Virus record (IMG/VR): IMGVR_UViG_3300025785_000009
Coordinates: 1-64,000 of that record
Reading direction: 5' to 3' (one strand)
Source of the DNA: a virus
DNA length: 64,000 bases
A program made the translations under genes and the position numbers. Shown in pieces: positions 26,869-37,380 of the stretch (position 1 is the stretch's first letter; every line of letters begins with the position of its first letter). The notes beneath the pieces are model-generated. The model saw only the letters and a program-made list of their open reading frames with translations, did not search any database and was not told the origin of the DNA.

Positions 26869-29022
26869 TTACTTGCTTGATTTTTTAATGCTTTCGTATT
26901 CGGCAGCCAACTGCGATTCCAGTGTTGGCGTAGTTGTCAACGGATTGGCAGCTTTGTTTGCTGTGTGTGGATCTTGACGCTTTTGACGATTCAAATCATC
27001 ACCTTGTGTGGTAATTGCTTTGATACTACCGTACTTTGGTTTTGGTTTGTTGGCGTGTTCTTCTTTGTCCTCATCAGCATTGTCAACTGTGGTATCACCG
27101 TATTCACTTTCTTTTACAGGATACTCTTTGCCATCAACATCAAATGTATCTTTGTGTTGTGCTCTAGCTTTGGCCAATTCACCCGAGAACTCGTTACCTT
27201 CAAATTCTGGTTGTGGATCTTCTGTCACTTCATCTGTATTGAACAACTGACCAAAAGCGTTGAATGAGTCTTTGCCAGATTTTTCTGCTTTTGCATCTTG
27301 TTGCTTGATGTATTCGCCGCGGCTAACTTCGCCTAAACCAGCCAACTTGGCCAATTCATCCAATTCTGTTTTTAGAGAATCTGGGTGTGGCTGGCCGTGA
27401 GCACGTTGATGATAATCAAATTCTGCTTTGCGATCTTTGTTAACAATGTCTTGACGTGACAATGGTGCTTGGCCTTGAGCTTTACGCATAAATGCTGGAA
27501 TTTCGTAGTCGCGTGGATTGGTAGGGTCAATGGTTTCGTCCATCTCTGCATTGGCAGGATCGCTACCGTAGGCTTTGTCGCCCAGCTCAAGATCTAAACG
27601 ATCACTGATCCACTCGTATGGGTCTCCATCACGTGCTTTGGCTGTACCGTAAGGAATTTCGCCACGTTCAAAATAATAATCAAACAATGCGTGATATAGA
27701 TCTTCATCCAACTCGCCACCTTGTTCAAAAGATTTAACTTCGTGTTTGAAACGATTTAAAATATGATCAAGTGTTTCACCTGATTCATCAATGATGCGAC
27801 CTTCACTTAGTTCTTGCAAGAAGCTGTCAGCCAATTGATTCATGCTTTCGGCAACTGATGCTCGTTTGTGTGCGTCTTTTTTAACGCGACCAAACGGATC
27901 GTGCGATTTGAATGATGACTTACTGTCGCTGCTGTCGCTTTTTTCTTTCTTGGGACGGCCACGACCTTTTTTCTCTGCATTAGGATCGCGACGTGGATTC
28001 TTTGTAGTAGCCTTGCGTGGACGACCTTTTTTAGGACCGTGATCTTTTTCACCGTCTTCTTTGTCGTCTTCGTCTTCTAGGTCATCACTTGGATATCCTG
28101 GAAAATCAGTCTTGGTATGCTTGATACCAGTAGCAGTTTTTTCTGTCTTGCCTTCGTTGTACTGATCGTGCTTGTTACGAATTGTATCTAGTTCTTCTTC
28201 GCTAGCTCCTTCACGACCGGCTTTGGCTAGGGCTTCCATACCTTTTTTACCATACTTCTCGTAGCCTTTGGCTGCACGGCTCATATCTTCGTTGGTATGC
28301 TCGCAACCGCATTCGCTTTCATACATACCACATTCGTTGCAAGTGGCTTCACCAACAATAGTATGAACCGACCCTTGTAATAATTTGCCACCAATGCGAA
28401 CGCCCTTGTCTGCGTATGCTTTGGCATCTGCTTCATTGTCAAAAGTTTTTACCGGTTTACCATCGTTGTGTCCAACAACACAAACTCCATATTTTGCAGG
28501 ACGGCCCATGTATTCGCCTTCATTGGTTGGGCACTCGCATGGATCGCAATCGCACTTGGTACAATGATCATCTTCGTTTGTTCTAACCGGTGTTACACCT
28601 TTGGTCATGGCGTTATAACCGCCGTGAGCAAGTTTGCCTGACGGTTCTGTAGTTTTGTTAAAAGGTAGTTTGCTACCAGCGGCACGTGCAGACTTGGCCA
28701 TTGCGGCTGTGGCATCACGATGCGCCTGTGCTTCTGGGCTACCATCTTTTGCAACGTGTTTCATGTGCGAGTAGTGGCCAATTGGTCCTTTTGTATTACC
28801 TGCAACACGAACTGCTTCGTTGGTATTGCTTTCGGCAAATTGTCGAGTCAAACGTTGCTCTGTTGAGCTAACATCACGAAGGCCTTTAAGTATACTACCT
28901 TGACTTTCTACACTTTCGTAAATTGTTTTAGGTGCTGGTGCTGCTGGCTTGTCCTTGGATTCTAGTTTTTCTAGTTTGCCTAGGATGCTGTAGATATTGT
29001 CGTGTGGATGATTCTTGCTCAT
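26869..29022 (-). CDS. Large modular hydrophilic protein (possible internal head protein)
   Basis: 717 aa from MSKNHPHD; low-complexity modules, Cys clusters, AT-hook-like GRP motifs. Confidence 0.75.
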   Translation of the reverse strand: MSKNHPHDNIYSILGKLEKLESKDKPAAPAPKTIYESVESQGSILKGLRDVSSTEQRLTRQFAESNTNEAVRVAGNTKGPIGHYSHMKHVAKDGSPEAQAHRDATAAMAKSARAAGSKLPFNKTTEPSGKLAHGGYNAMTKGVTPVRTNEDDHCTKCDCDPCECPTNEGEYMGRPAKYGVCVVGHNDGKPVKTFDNEADAKAYADKGVRIGGKLLQGSVHTIVGEATCNECGMYESECGCEHTNEDMSRAAKGYEKYGKKGMEALAKAGREGASEEELDTIRNKHDQYNEGKTEKTATGIKHTKTDFPGYPSDDLEDEDDKEDGEKDHGPKKGRPRKATTKNPRRDPNAEKKGRGRPKKEKSDSSDSKSSFKSHDPFGRVKKDAHKRASVAESMNQLADSFLQELSEGRIIDESGETLDHILNRFKHEVKSFEQGGELDEDLYHALFDYYFERGEIPYGTAKARDGDPYEWISDRLDLELGDKAYGSDPANAEMDETIDPTNPRDYEIPAFMRKAQGQAPLSRQDIVNKDRKAEFDYHQRAHGQPHPDSLKTELDELAKLAGLGEVSRGEYIKQQDAKAEKSGKDSFNAFGQLFNTDEVTEDPQPEFEGNEFSGELAKARAQHKDTFDVDGKEYPVKESEYGDTTVDNADEDKEEHANKPKPKYGSIKAITTQGDDLNRQKRQDPHTANKAANPLTTTPTLESQLAAEYESIKKSSK

Positions 29023-29026
29023 AGTA

Positions 29027-29614
29027 TTAACCTTTAGTTGGGTCTGAAATCTTGTTTTGGCTTGTCCCAACTGGGCTAGCTTTGCCTTCGGGCGAGTCAA
29101 CGTTGAATTTGGCTTTTTCTTTGCCGCCTTCGGCAAATTCAAATTTACGTGATTCTAATTCTTTCATTAAACTACCGATACGACTTTGACCAGCTAGTTC
29201 TTGTGCGTTAGGTGCATCTTTTAATTCTGTTTCGTCTAGTAAGGCACCGGTATGATCTTTGCCATACGCTTCGGCTTCGTCTGTATCTACTGCTTCGCCC
29301 AAGGTACGCACAACAATCCAATCAGGATTCAATGCTGCACGTTCTTTTAGCGTTTGGCGAATTTGAGGAACTGTTACAGGATATGCTACTTTGATGTCAA
29401 ATGTCCAGCACTCACAAGGTCCCCATTGTGGAAATTCTCTGTGTTCCTGAATTGGCAAACTTTTTACAGCACTGATGCTTTCAAGTTGATAAGTTTCTAA
29501 CGCATTTTTAATGCGTTCCATAACTTCGCCCCTTGGGTTTACGGTCGCTAATTTAACGCGAAACTCGTAGGGTTTGTTTAATTCAGCAATGTAAGTTTGG
29601 AATGGTTTCATCAT
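29027..29614 (-). CDS. Hypothetical protein
   Basis: 195-aa ORF; TAAATA upstream. Confidence 0.75.
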   Translation of the reverse strand: MMKPFQTYIAELNKPYEFRVKLATVNPRGEVMERIKNALETYQLESISAVKSLPIQEHREFPQWGPCECWTFDIKVAYPVTVPQIRQTLKERAALNPDWIVVRTLGEAVDTDEAEAYGKDHTGALLDETELKDAPNAQELAGQSRIGSLMKELESRKFEFAEGGKEKAKFNVDSPEGKASPVGTSQNKISDPTKG

Positions 29615-29634
29615 AATAATCCTATATTCTATAT

Positions 29635-30138
29635 TTAGCCTTTTTGATCTTTTTGTCCCAGGATCTGCTTTAGCAGTTCATTGCGATCAAGCACAATGCC
29701 TTGCCCTTCAATGGCTTCTTCACCTGGTTCTTTGGTGTCTTTTTTGATCTGATGATCCAACCGCGCTTTGGCCAGCTGTAGTTGTACCATCTTGAGTTTT
29801 TTGTCTAGTTTGGCTGTTTTGGCGGTGATAGCGTGTCCCAACATTACGCCAGCTGTTTGTAGTATAACTCCGCTAAATCTTGGTTCTACATTCATACCCA
29901 AATCAATGAGATCCTCGGCTTTGTCTTGTGCCAAACGTGCCAGTTCATCCAGCTCTTGATCCCCAGTTTCTAAATCACGTACTGTGGGCAAGGCTGCATC
30001 TATACGATCAATGGCACGATCTACTTCGGTAATTATTTCGCGATTTTCATTGACAAAACTGGTGCTGTCTGTGACAGCCGGATCTGTGGTGTTTTCTTGT
30101 GGTGTTAAATTAAACAGTTCTTCTAATTTTTTAGTCAT
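29635..30138 (-). CDS. Hypothetical helical protein (possible terminase small subunit)
   Basis: Coiled-coil sequence and late-gene context; function is inference only. Confidence 0.45.
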   Translation of the reverse strand: MTKKLEELFNLTPQENTTDPAVTDSTSFVNENREIITEVDRAIDRIDAALPTVRDLETGDQELDELARLAQDKAEDLIDLGMNVEPRFSGVILQTAGVMLGHAITAKTAKLDKKLKMVQLQLAKARLDHQIKKDTKEPGEEAIEGQGIVLDRNELLKQILGQKDQKG

Positions 30139-30151
30139 ACAAATATTTACT

Positions 30152-30883
30152 CTATTTAACTACGTGATTTATTAATTGCTTGGCTAGATCTGTGCGTTCT
30201 TCATAACTGTTCATACCCAGTATAGAAATGGTATACTTTTTGTTGTGCCGTTCAACCAGCATAGACATAGAATAACCCGACTCAACGCTGAGACCAGTTT
30301 TACAAAGTTTGATTGATGTTCCAAACATATCCAAAAGCTGTCGGTTGACGTTTTCCATATAGGTTTCACGCACCGTGGTTTTGACAATGTTGTTGAGTTC
30401 TACTAGATAACTGTATTGGCCAGCAGCCAACATTATTTTTGTAAGATCATTTGGTGTAGACACATTGTCAGGAAAGCATCCGTGAGGCTCATTGAAAAAT
30501 GTGTCAAGCGCACCCAACTGTTTGACTTTGGTGTTCATATCTGCCACACATTGTTCGTAGCCCGTTGAGTAGTTGGCGGCCAAAGTTTCTGCCGCTCCGT
30601 TGTCGCTGGTAACCAAGGCGGCTGTCAGCAATTCGCGTCTGGTATATTCGGCTTCGGGCAATTGAAATGCTGTCCTGTCGTATTGTTTGTCGATTAGGGG
30701 TCGTGTGGATCTATTTTTATAGGCTACTACAGCATCCAGGTCCTGCTGGTCATCGAGTACCACCATTGCTGTAACCAATTTGGTTATGCTGGCAATTGAG
30801 CGTTGTATATCGCTGTTGGTTTTTAACAATATTTTGTTGTCGGTGGCGTTGTATACCAGTATACTGGGCTTTGAAATTGACAT
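30152..30883 (-). CDS. D-alanyl-D-alanine carboxy/endopeptidase (peptidase S11)
   Basis: SITK (SxxK), SDN and KTG motifs. Confidence 0.88.
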   Translation of the reverse strand: MSISKPSILVYNATDNKILLKTNSDIQRSIASITKLVTAMVVLDDQQDLDAVVAYKNRSTRPLIDKQYDRTAFQLPEAEYTRRELLTAALVTSDNGAAETLAANYSTGYEQCVADMNTKVKQLGALDTFFNEPHGCFPDNVSTPNDLTKIMLAAGQYSYLVELNNIVKTTVRETYMENVNRQLLDMFGTSIKLCKTGLSVESGYSMSMLVERHNKKYTISILGMNSYEERTDLAKQLINHVVK

Positions 30884-30900
30884 AGCAATATTTATTCTTG

Positions 30901-31332
30901 CTATTTCTTGCCTTGATGGAAAATCTGATCTTCAGTAACTACCCGAAATGTCAGCCCGTGCGCTTTGCACCAGGCTTGAGCAGCTTGCCATTTGGCCATA
31001 TTGAGTACAGCGGCCGCTTGATCACGGATATTTTTGGCACCTTCTAGTGTGGTTTCTTTTTTGGGTTTGACCTCAACTACCTCGGCACGTTGATTGCCGG
31101 TGGCATCTTGATAGGTAATTAAAAAATCCGGAACGTAGATAGTATTTTTGCCAGTCAAAGGATTACGATAGTTGATGTGTACTGCTTCGCTAGCCCATTG
31201 CAGTATGCTGGGATTGTTGTCACAGAACTGCATAAACACATACTCCCAGCTTGACCGATAGGTGGGTTGTTTGTTTCCCACATACTTGGCTGGATTTATT
31301 AATTGGTATTTGCCTTGTGCGTACTTGCTCAT
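30901..31332 (-). CDS. Head completion nuclease (T4 gp4-like)
   Basis: NPAKYVG, YRSSWE, WASE, YVPDF and EVKP motifs. Confidence 0.9.
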   Translation of the reverse strand: MSKYAQGKYQLINPAKYVGNKQPTYRSSWEYVFMQFCDNNPSILQWASEAVHINYRNPLTGKNTIYVPDFLITYQDATGNQRAEVVEVKPKKETTLEGAKNIRDQAAAVLNMAKWQAAQAWCKAHGLTFRVVTEDQIFHQGKK

Positions 31333-31718
31333 AACAGTATAAGTCTGTCAATGTAAGGATTAGATTTTTTTTGATCCTTGACACCAACAAAGCTGGTTGG
31401 AGCTCGATTGGAATTTAAAAACGCAGCCAGGTAAGTGTTGAGTTGACCTTTTGGTAAACTTTGAAAATCACTCAGTATTGACAAGGGATTTATGCCTTGG
31501 CTTTGTGCTGTGTACAATACTGCCGCAGCCAAGTTGTGTGCCGATTTTTTATTTTGTGTATATTGTTCAAAGAACGCAATGATAGCATCGTTGGCTGGAC
31601 CAGTACTGTAATCAATTGAATAAAAATTATTAAAATACTTTTGTGTTGATACCAAGGCGCTACTGAGATTGGGACCTTGCAAGTTGGTAGCTGTGGTGTA
31701 TTGTTGATTGGTTGACAT
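31329..31718 (-). CDS. Hypothetical virion protein
   Basis: Lies in the tail operon. Confidence 0.7.
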   Translation of the reverse strand: MSTNQQYTTATNLQGPNLSSALVSTQKYFNNFYSIDYSTGPANDAIIAFFEQYTQNKKSAHNLAAAVLYTAQSQGINPLSILSDFQSLPKGQLNTYLAAFLNSNRAPTSFVGVKDQKKSNPYIDRLILL

Positions 31719-31720
31719 TG

Positions 31721-33211
31721 TTAACCTCCATCCCAGCCAGCTGGGTTTGATGCATCAATTGATCCATCGGCGTTTAACGTTGCTTTGGTAGCTGTTAAAT
31801 CGTTGACTGAATCGTGTACGTAATTGTAAGCGTCGCCGGCGGCAGTGGCAGCCTTGCTGGCAAGACCGCCCAACAAAGATGATGATCCTGCCTGTAGTCC
31901 ACCAGAAATAGCTTGTGTTGCATATTGAGTCGCACCACCAACCAAAGTTGCGGCTGCGGCGGCCGGATTACTGATTGCAGCGGCCAGACCACCAACCAAG
32001 TTGGCTCCACCAACGCTGCCTAGACCCAAGTCGCCGAGTACTTCGTTGGCAGCTGAATTGACCAGTTTACCTAGTTGCCCAACCACTTGATTTGCAATAC
32101 CAGCAACACCAGCACCAATTGCTCCGGCTGCGCCGGCCTTTAACTGTTGACCAATCATGGAAAAACTTGGTATGCCTGCGCTCAAACTTCCCAGGTTAGG
32201 TATACTGAATCCACCGCTATTGACTCCACCGCTCAGGGTTGACAGTATAGTAGCGCCACCAAATGCAGCAGGAAAACTGCCAACTGGTGTTTGTACTAGA
32301 CCACTTTGCAAACCTGTTTGTGCAAATGATCCTTGTGTCATATAATTGTTATAGGCCAAATCTTGTATGCCATCGCTGGCTCTAGTAACACCACCCATAC
32401 CATCATCAACCCAGTCAACACCATTGGCAGGTGCCAGCGGACTTTGTTTGGTATCGTAATGTAGATCAACAAAGCCGCCGGCTGTGTCTGAGGTAGTGTA
32501 ACCTGTTAGATATTTTACTGTTTCAAATTGAATACTCATCGAATGCTCAACCAATTCACTGCCGCCTTGTGCGTGTGAACCGTGGCTGAAGCTGGTAATG
32601 GTTGGATTAACCAATTGGTATTCGCTAAACTGACGTTGATATAAACTGTATATGCGGATAGCCTGTATGTATTGGTACTGTTGATATCCAGCCGAGTTGT
32701 TGTAGCTAGGAGCCGGACGAGGACTATAGCCCCAATCAAAACTGGCACGACTTTGATATTTGTGTATGCCTTGGTAAGTTACATCGGCATAGTCGCTGTC
32801 ACGATAGAAGTAGCTGTAGTAGTCATACCAAAAGTTACGAACGTTGTCAGCTTGGTCATCGTGGAATACAATTTGTACCGGATCGTATTTGATTTTGTTT
32901 TGCACAATGTTCACACGATTGTAAGCATTGTGTATTTTGGTATCAATGGTGTATTTTGGCAAGCCTACACTTTTGACAATCATACCTAATTCTTGTGCAG
33001 CTGTGTTTGATACATTACTGATCAAAGGATTGAAATCAAACTCTACATAAAATAAGAAACCGTATTTGGGACTGAGACGATAATTGCCATCCAAGAAAAT
33101 TTTCTTGGCGTGTTGATAATCCTTGAGAATAGCTTGACCGCCCAGAGTTGTATCGTAGTCTGATGCAGGTTTGGCTGGCGCGGCAGCAATTAGGTCTTGT
33201 ATGGCACTCAT
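31721..33211 (-). CDS. Tail tube-related baseplate protein (gp19/gp48/gp54 superfamily)
   Basis: VKSVGLPKY...YDPVQIVFHDD tube-like fold plus Gly/Ala-rich tail. Confidence 0.65.
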   Translation of the reverse strand: MSAIQDLIAAAPAKPASDYDTTLGGQAILKDYQHAKKIFLDGNYRLSPKYGFLFYVEFDFNPLISNVSNTAAQELGMIVKSVGLPKYTIDTKIHNAYNRVNIVQNKIKYDPVQIVFHDDQADNVRNFWYDYYSYFYRDSDYADVTYQGIHKYQSRASFDWGYSPRPAPSYNNSAGYQQYQYIQAIRIYSLYQRQFSEYQLVNPTITSFSHGSHAQGGSELVEHSMSIQFETVKYLTGYTTSDTAGGFVDLHYDTKQSPLAPANGVDWVDDGMGGVTRASDGIQDLAYNNYMTQGSFAQTGLQSGLVQTPVGSFPAAFGGATILSTLSGGVNSGGFSIPNLGSLSAGIPSFSMIGQQLKAGAAGAIGAGVAGIANQVVGQLGKLVNSAANEVLGDLGLGSVGGANLVGGLAAAISNPAAAAATLVGGATQYATQAISGGLQAGSSSLLGGLASKAATAAGDAYNYVHDSVNDLTATKATLNADGSIDASNPAGWDGG

Positions 33212-33228
33212 ACTAATATTTAGTCCAT

Positions 33229-33256
33229 AAAAAAACCCGGGTTTTAATCCGGGTTT
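33229..33256 (-). terminator. Intrinsic terminator after the tail tube gene
   Basis: AAACCCGG/CCGGGTTT stem plus U tract. Confidence 0.8.
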
Positions 33257-33273
33257 GATTAATATTCAATCTA

Positions 33274-33891
33274 TTACGCAATAGTAGTAGATGAGTTATT
33301 TCCACGAGTTGGTGAAGTTACTGCGCTTGAGTCTTGATTGATAGCTGTTTGAATAGCATTATCGTACTTAATAGTCAATGCAATCATGACAGGCTCATTG
33401 CTCTTGTAATCCATTGCACCCCAGTCAACTTGACTTAGGAAGCAACCACTTAACTGCCAGCTTTCTAGAATGTTTGCTTGTGCTACGCCATTGGCGCCAT
33501 CCAGCATATCATACTCTAGTGTAAACTTGTAGTCGGCACCAGACACAGCACTCTGTTGTTCCAAGAAGTCAAACTGTTTCTGTACTTGTGCGCTGACCAA
33601 TTTACTTACTGCACCAGTAGCATCGTCACGCAAGTTGATAGTAACGTCTTGCCACTCTGGTTTACCTTGTAGGTATACTTTGCTGTTGTAAACATCAATG
33701 GTGATTGGGTTGAAGTTTACGTTTGGACGCTTGATATCAGCAACCTGACGTGTTAAGTCAGACAGTTGTCCTGCGCCTGATCCAAAGCCTGTAAATATCG
33801 CACGAAAGCGATATTGTAACTTTGGCATTAACAGTCCGCTACCATTGTCTGGCGCTGGGACTGTAAATTTACTCATATTTGCTACGGCCAT
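33274..33891 (-). CDS. Tail tube protein (gp19-like)
   Basis: PKLQYRFR, GKPEWQDVTINLRDD and W-L-GCF motifs; follows the sheath gene. Confidence 0.88.
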   Translation of the reverse strand: MAVANMSKFTVPAPDNGSGLLMPKLQYRFRAIFTGFGSGAGQLSDLTRQVADIKRPNVNFNPITIDVYNSKVYLQGKPEWQDVTINLRDDATGAVSKLVSAQVQKQFDFLEQQSAVSGADYKFTLEYDMLDGANGVAQANILESWQLSGCFLSQVDWGAMDYKSNEPVMIALTIKYDNAIQTAINQDSSAVTSPTRGNNSSTTIA

Positions 33892-33919
33892 ATTATTCTC
33901 CTAGTACTCTTATTTATCG

Positions 33920-36900
33920 TTAACCTAATGATGCAATTTGACCAGGATTGTAAATCGCGATTGGAATGTAGATAAACTCTACGTCGCGTACTGGTTCAAT
34001 GGCCACATCAACATACAACTGATTATTAGCAATCGTGCTTGAAGTATTGTTACTTGTATCGCAGATTACCAAGAAGTCGTATAAACCGCGCTTGCTTAGA
34101 ACATCGTGCAAGGCGTTTTCAATTTGCTTCTGAATAGATTTTCTTGTTTGTGTATCATTTGGTTCAAATAGGTATCCATTGGAAACACTCTTGAATGCTG
34201 TACGCAAGAAGTTCTCTAGACGAACTACGTTTACACGGTCTCTTGCACTGGTAAATGGATTCTTAGTGATTTGACCCCAAACAACCAAACCTGTGCCAGG
34301 CAATTGAGTCAACGGATTGATTTGCTGTGTGTACAATGCATCACGTAGACCTTGATTGATTGAGTTGTGTACCCATTCGCCGCTTGTGGCATCTACGTAA
34401 CCAATGTCGCTTAGGTTGCTGATCAAACCACGGTGTGCGCCAGCTGGAGCAAACCAAGGATAGCTTACATTGTCGTTGTACATAAATGTACGCAATACTG
34501 CGTGACTTGCTGGTACAACAACTGTGTTGCCACTTAGGTCGTTTGTACGGCCTGCTGGGTAGTAAACACCTAGATATGGATCAGCTGTTGCTAGACCATT
34601 GCCGTTGGTGTTGTTGTTCCAATTAGTGATATCAATTGCGTTTGCAGCCAATGTCATTGGTGTGTCGCCAATAACAAATGCTGTGTTTGCACGATCGTTG
34701 TTTAGCTCAACCAAGTTTGGAATCAACTCTGGGTAACCAGGTGCAACCAACAGGTTGAAAGAGAACACATCGCTACGTACATCAAAGTTGCTGTCTACAG
34801 CACCCTTCATTGCAGCTACAACGATAGCACGTTGAGCAGCTGAACCGGCGTGCATTACGTCCATATCATCAAGACCACTAGCACTTACCCAAGCGTCTGT
34901 GACAGTTGGGAATGTGACTGGGAAGCCGTTGTTATTTGGCTCTGGTGTGAATGCTGTGCTGTTGAAATAATTCTTGTGGAATCGTTTAACATTGTAACCA
35001 CTGCGACGTGTGTTGAACAACAACATACCACGTGGATACAATGTTGGATTTGGACAATCCAAATCAACATAGTTACTGCTCAATAAAGATTTGATTGTTG
35101 GCAATGCATCAGAAGCAACGTTGCTTTGACCGTTTGTGTCCCAACGTGCATCAGCAAAAATAATACCATTGCTGCTTACGTGGTCGGTATTGTCAATTGC
35201 TGCCCACTTGCCAGTGTTTGTGTTGTAACGACTCAACTTTGGATAGTTGATCAAATCGCTTGTATCCAACCATAAATCACCATCACTCAATGGAGTACCA
35301 TCGCTTTGTGCCACAGGCTTGCTGGCGCTTACGATAACACCATTTGGATCAGTGTTGGTCAAATTAAAGTTACGAATATCAGTACCGGCACGCAAGTAAC
35401 CTTTCCATTGAGTACCTGTGTTGATCATGATGTCAACTTCGGTTGGATTGCTGTAATACCAATAGGTACCATCAGCCGGTGGGTTGTATGGCTCGCTGGC
35501 GCTGTAAATTACGTTTGCTGTTTGGTTAGCAAAATTTGTGCCTGTTACTACACCAGTTGTTGGGCTAACTGTAAAGTTAGATCCTGAACCAGCGGTAAAA
35601 CCAATTAGGCTTAGAATACCTGTTGTAACTGGTTGCAAGAAAATTACACCACCAGCTGTGTGCGATACTTGTACAGCACCGTTGACCACAGTTGCAGAAA
35701 TGTATGGGACACCGGCTGATAAAATAGCTGTTACTACATCTTGTACACCAGTACCAGCCAATGTGACTGTGGTGTATGTAGGAACTGTTGACGAGCCTGG
35801 TACAGTTGCGCCAATTGCAAAATATTCTGTACCTTGGATTTGACTTTGTGGGTCAAACTGTCCAGCAGTCATATAAGTGACACCGTTTCTTAGTGTAGTA
35901 ATTAAACGTAAGAAATTGTATGTACCATCAGTTGGTGTAGTGATAAAGAAACTGGTACCTGGATCAATTGCTTCGCCACCGTTAGGGTCAAGTTGTGCAA
36001 GTGCATCAGCATTGTTTAGGAACACTGGTGTTGTCAATGGAGTCCACTTGTCAGTTGCTTGGCTGTATGTTTTAACCACAGGGTTAAAGCCATTACCAAC
36101 CGAGCTGGTTTTCCACCAGATACTGCCTGATGGACGTGGTTTTGCATCGCTAGAAGAAATACCCCAACCACCTGTTGGCTCGCTGGCATAGTTGCCGTAG
36201 AACAAGTATGGTGCATTGTATGTGCCGGTGATACGTAGACCAGATGTTGTGCTAGAGCCCAATGCACCGCTGATTGTCATTGCGCCGTTGGCTGCGCCGC
36301 CAGTGCTTGAAGAAGCATTGGTAACAAACAAGTAAACCAAACCTGGGTTACCAGCTGCTAGGGCATACACGCCTGGAATCTGTTTGCTGTTAATTGTTTG
36401 AGCCAACAAGTTAGCTGTTAATGTAGTGCTGATACCGCCAAAATCAGCAGCAGTAATGTTGGTACTGTTAATGATCAAACGTACATCAGTACCAGTAGTA
36501 CCGCCAACTGTACCGCTGATAGCGCCAGCTGAAACAGCGGCGTATCTGGCACGTTGCCAATCTGGACTACCAACCATTACCCAACTGTTTGCGTTTGTTT
36601 GGCCGTTCCAAGTAGACTTGGTTGACAATGCTGTAGCTTTGTAAAATAAACGGATAGTTGCTGCAGCTGTACCAGTTTGTGTAACTAGTGGCAATACATA
36701 GCTACCTGTAACACCAACAGATGCACGTGGTGTTGGAACAGTAACGTTGCTGTATGTAGAAGTATCGTTTACAACTTGTGTTGGATCTGTCAAAGTTAAC
36801 GGAGCGATTTCATTGAAATCTGCAGGGCTAACTGTGCGATCTAATTCGTAAATACCCCAATCGGTATTGGCTAAATCTAACCATTCTGCGCCGTCGGTCG

Positions 36901-37282
36901 GAGCAGCTACTGGGCGAACTGATGTTCCTGTTAATTCGTTAAGATCAATATCGGCACGGATAGCATATAGCTGATTACCTAGGCCTAGTGCGCTGTAAGC
37001 TGCCATTAAACCGTATTCGCTGATTTCACTGGCATTGACCATTGAACCCGAAGAGCTCATTTGGAATGACGGTGTTCCCATTGCTGTTACTAAATCGCGT
37101 TGGCTAGTAAATGATTGTAATTTACCAGCATTGGCTTTTGTAGTACCTGTAGCCAACGAACCGTTGTAGGTTTTATTTTCCGCTGTAGCTAACAATACAA
37201 ATGGTACTGAGCCAATATTGCTGTTAACATATTGACTCTGATCGTTGATGGAAATTGATATTCCTGGAGAAACTAGTGCCAT
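33920..37282 (-). CDS. Tail sheath protein (gp18-like) with large insertions
   Basis: LVSPG N-terminus; PWFAPAG, RVNVVRL and FEPND motifs. Confidence 0.95.
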   Translation of the reverse strand: MALVSPGISISINDQSQYVNSNIGSVPFVLLATAENKTYNGSLATGTTKANAGKLQSFTSQRDLVTAMGTPSFQMSSSGSMVNASEISEYGLMAAYSALGLGNQLYAIRADIDLNELTGTSVRPVAAPTDGAEWLDLANTDWGIYELDRTVSPADFNEIAPLTLTDPTQVVNDTSTYSNVTVPTPRASVGVTGSYVLPLVTQTGTAAATIRLFYKATALSTKSTWNGQTNANSWVMVGSPDWQRARYAAVSAGAISGTVGGTTGTDVRLIINSTNITAADFGGISTTLTANLLAQTINSKQIPGVYALAAGNPGLVYLFVTNASSSTGGAANGAMTISGALGSSTTSGLRITGTYNAPYLFYGNYASEPTGGWGISSSDAKPRPSGSIWWKTSSVGNGFNPVVKTYSQATDKWTPLTTPVFLNNADALAQLDPNGGEAIDPGTSFFITTPTDGTYNFLRLITTLRNGVTYMTAGQFDPQSQIQGTEYFAIGATVPGSSTVPTYTTVTLAGTGVQDVVTAILSAGVPYISATVVNGAVQVSHTAGGVIFLQPVTTGILSLIGFTAGSGSNFTVSPTTGVVTGTNFANQTANVIYSASEPYNPPADGTYWYYSNPTEVDIMINTGTQWKGYLRAGTDIRNFNLTNTDPNGVIVSASKPVAQSDGTPLSDGDLWLDTSDLINYPKLSRYNTNTGKWAAIDNTDHVSSNGIIFADARWDTNGQSNVASDALPTIKSLLSSNYVDLDCPNPTLYPRGMLLFNTRRSGYNVKRFHKNYFNSTAFTPEPNNNGFPVTFPTVTDAWVSASGLDDMDVMHAGSAAQRAIVVAAMKGAVDSNFDVRSDVFSFNLLVAPGYPELIPNLVELNNDRANTAFVIGDTPMTLAANAIDITNWNNNTNGNGLATADPYLGVYYPAGRTNDLSGNTVVVPASHAVLRTFMYNDNVSYPWFAPAGAHRGLISNLSDIGYVDATSGEWVHNSINQGLRDALYTQQINPLTQLPGTGLVVWGQITKNPFTSARDRVNVVRLENFLRTAFKSVSNGYLFEPNDTQTRKSIQKQIENALHDVLSKRGLYDFLVICDTSNNTSSTIANNQLYVDVAIEPVRDVEFIYIPIAIYNPGQIASLG

Positions 37283-37311
37283 GGTTTTTATCCTTTAAAT
37301 TGCATTATAGT

Positions 37312-37319
37312 TATTTATA
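37312..37319 (-). promoter_or_regulatory. T4-type late promoter TATAAATA
   Basis: Exact motif upstream of the sheath gene. Confidence 0.65.
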
Positions 37320-37380
37320 ATAAAGGAGAAAATTTTGGATCTAATTGGAGCCTTTGCAAAGGTTTAGCGTAAATAACTGT

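Noticed and set aside
29023-29142. N-terminal extension of the 757-aa ORF
   Set aside because: It overlaps the upstream gene; the ATG at 29022 is the more plausible start.
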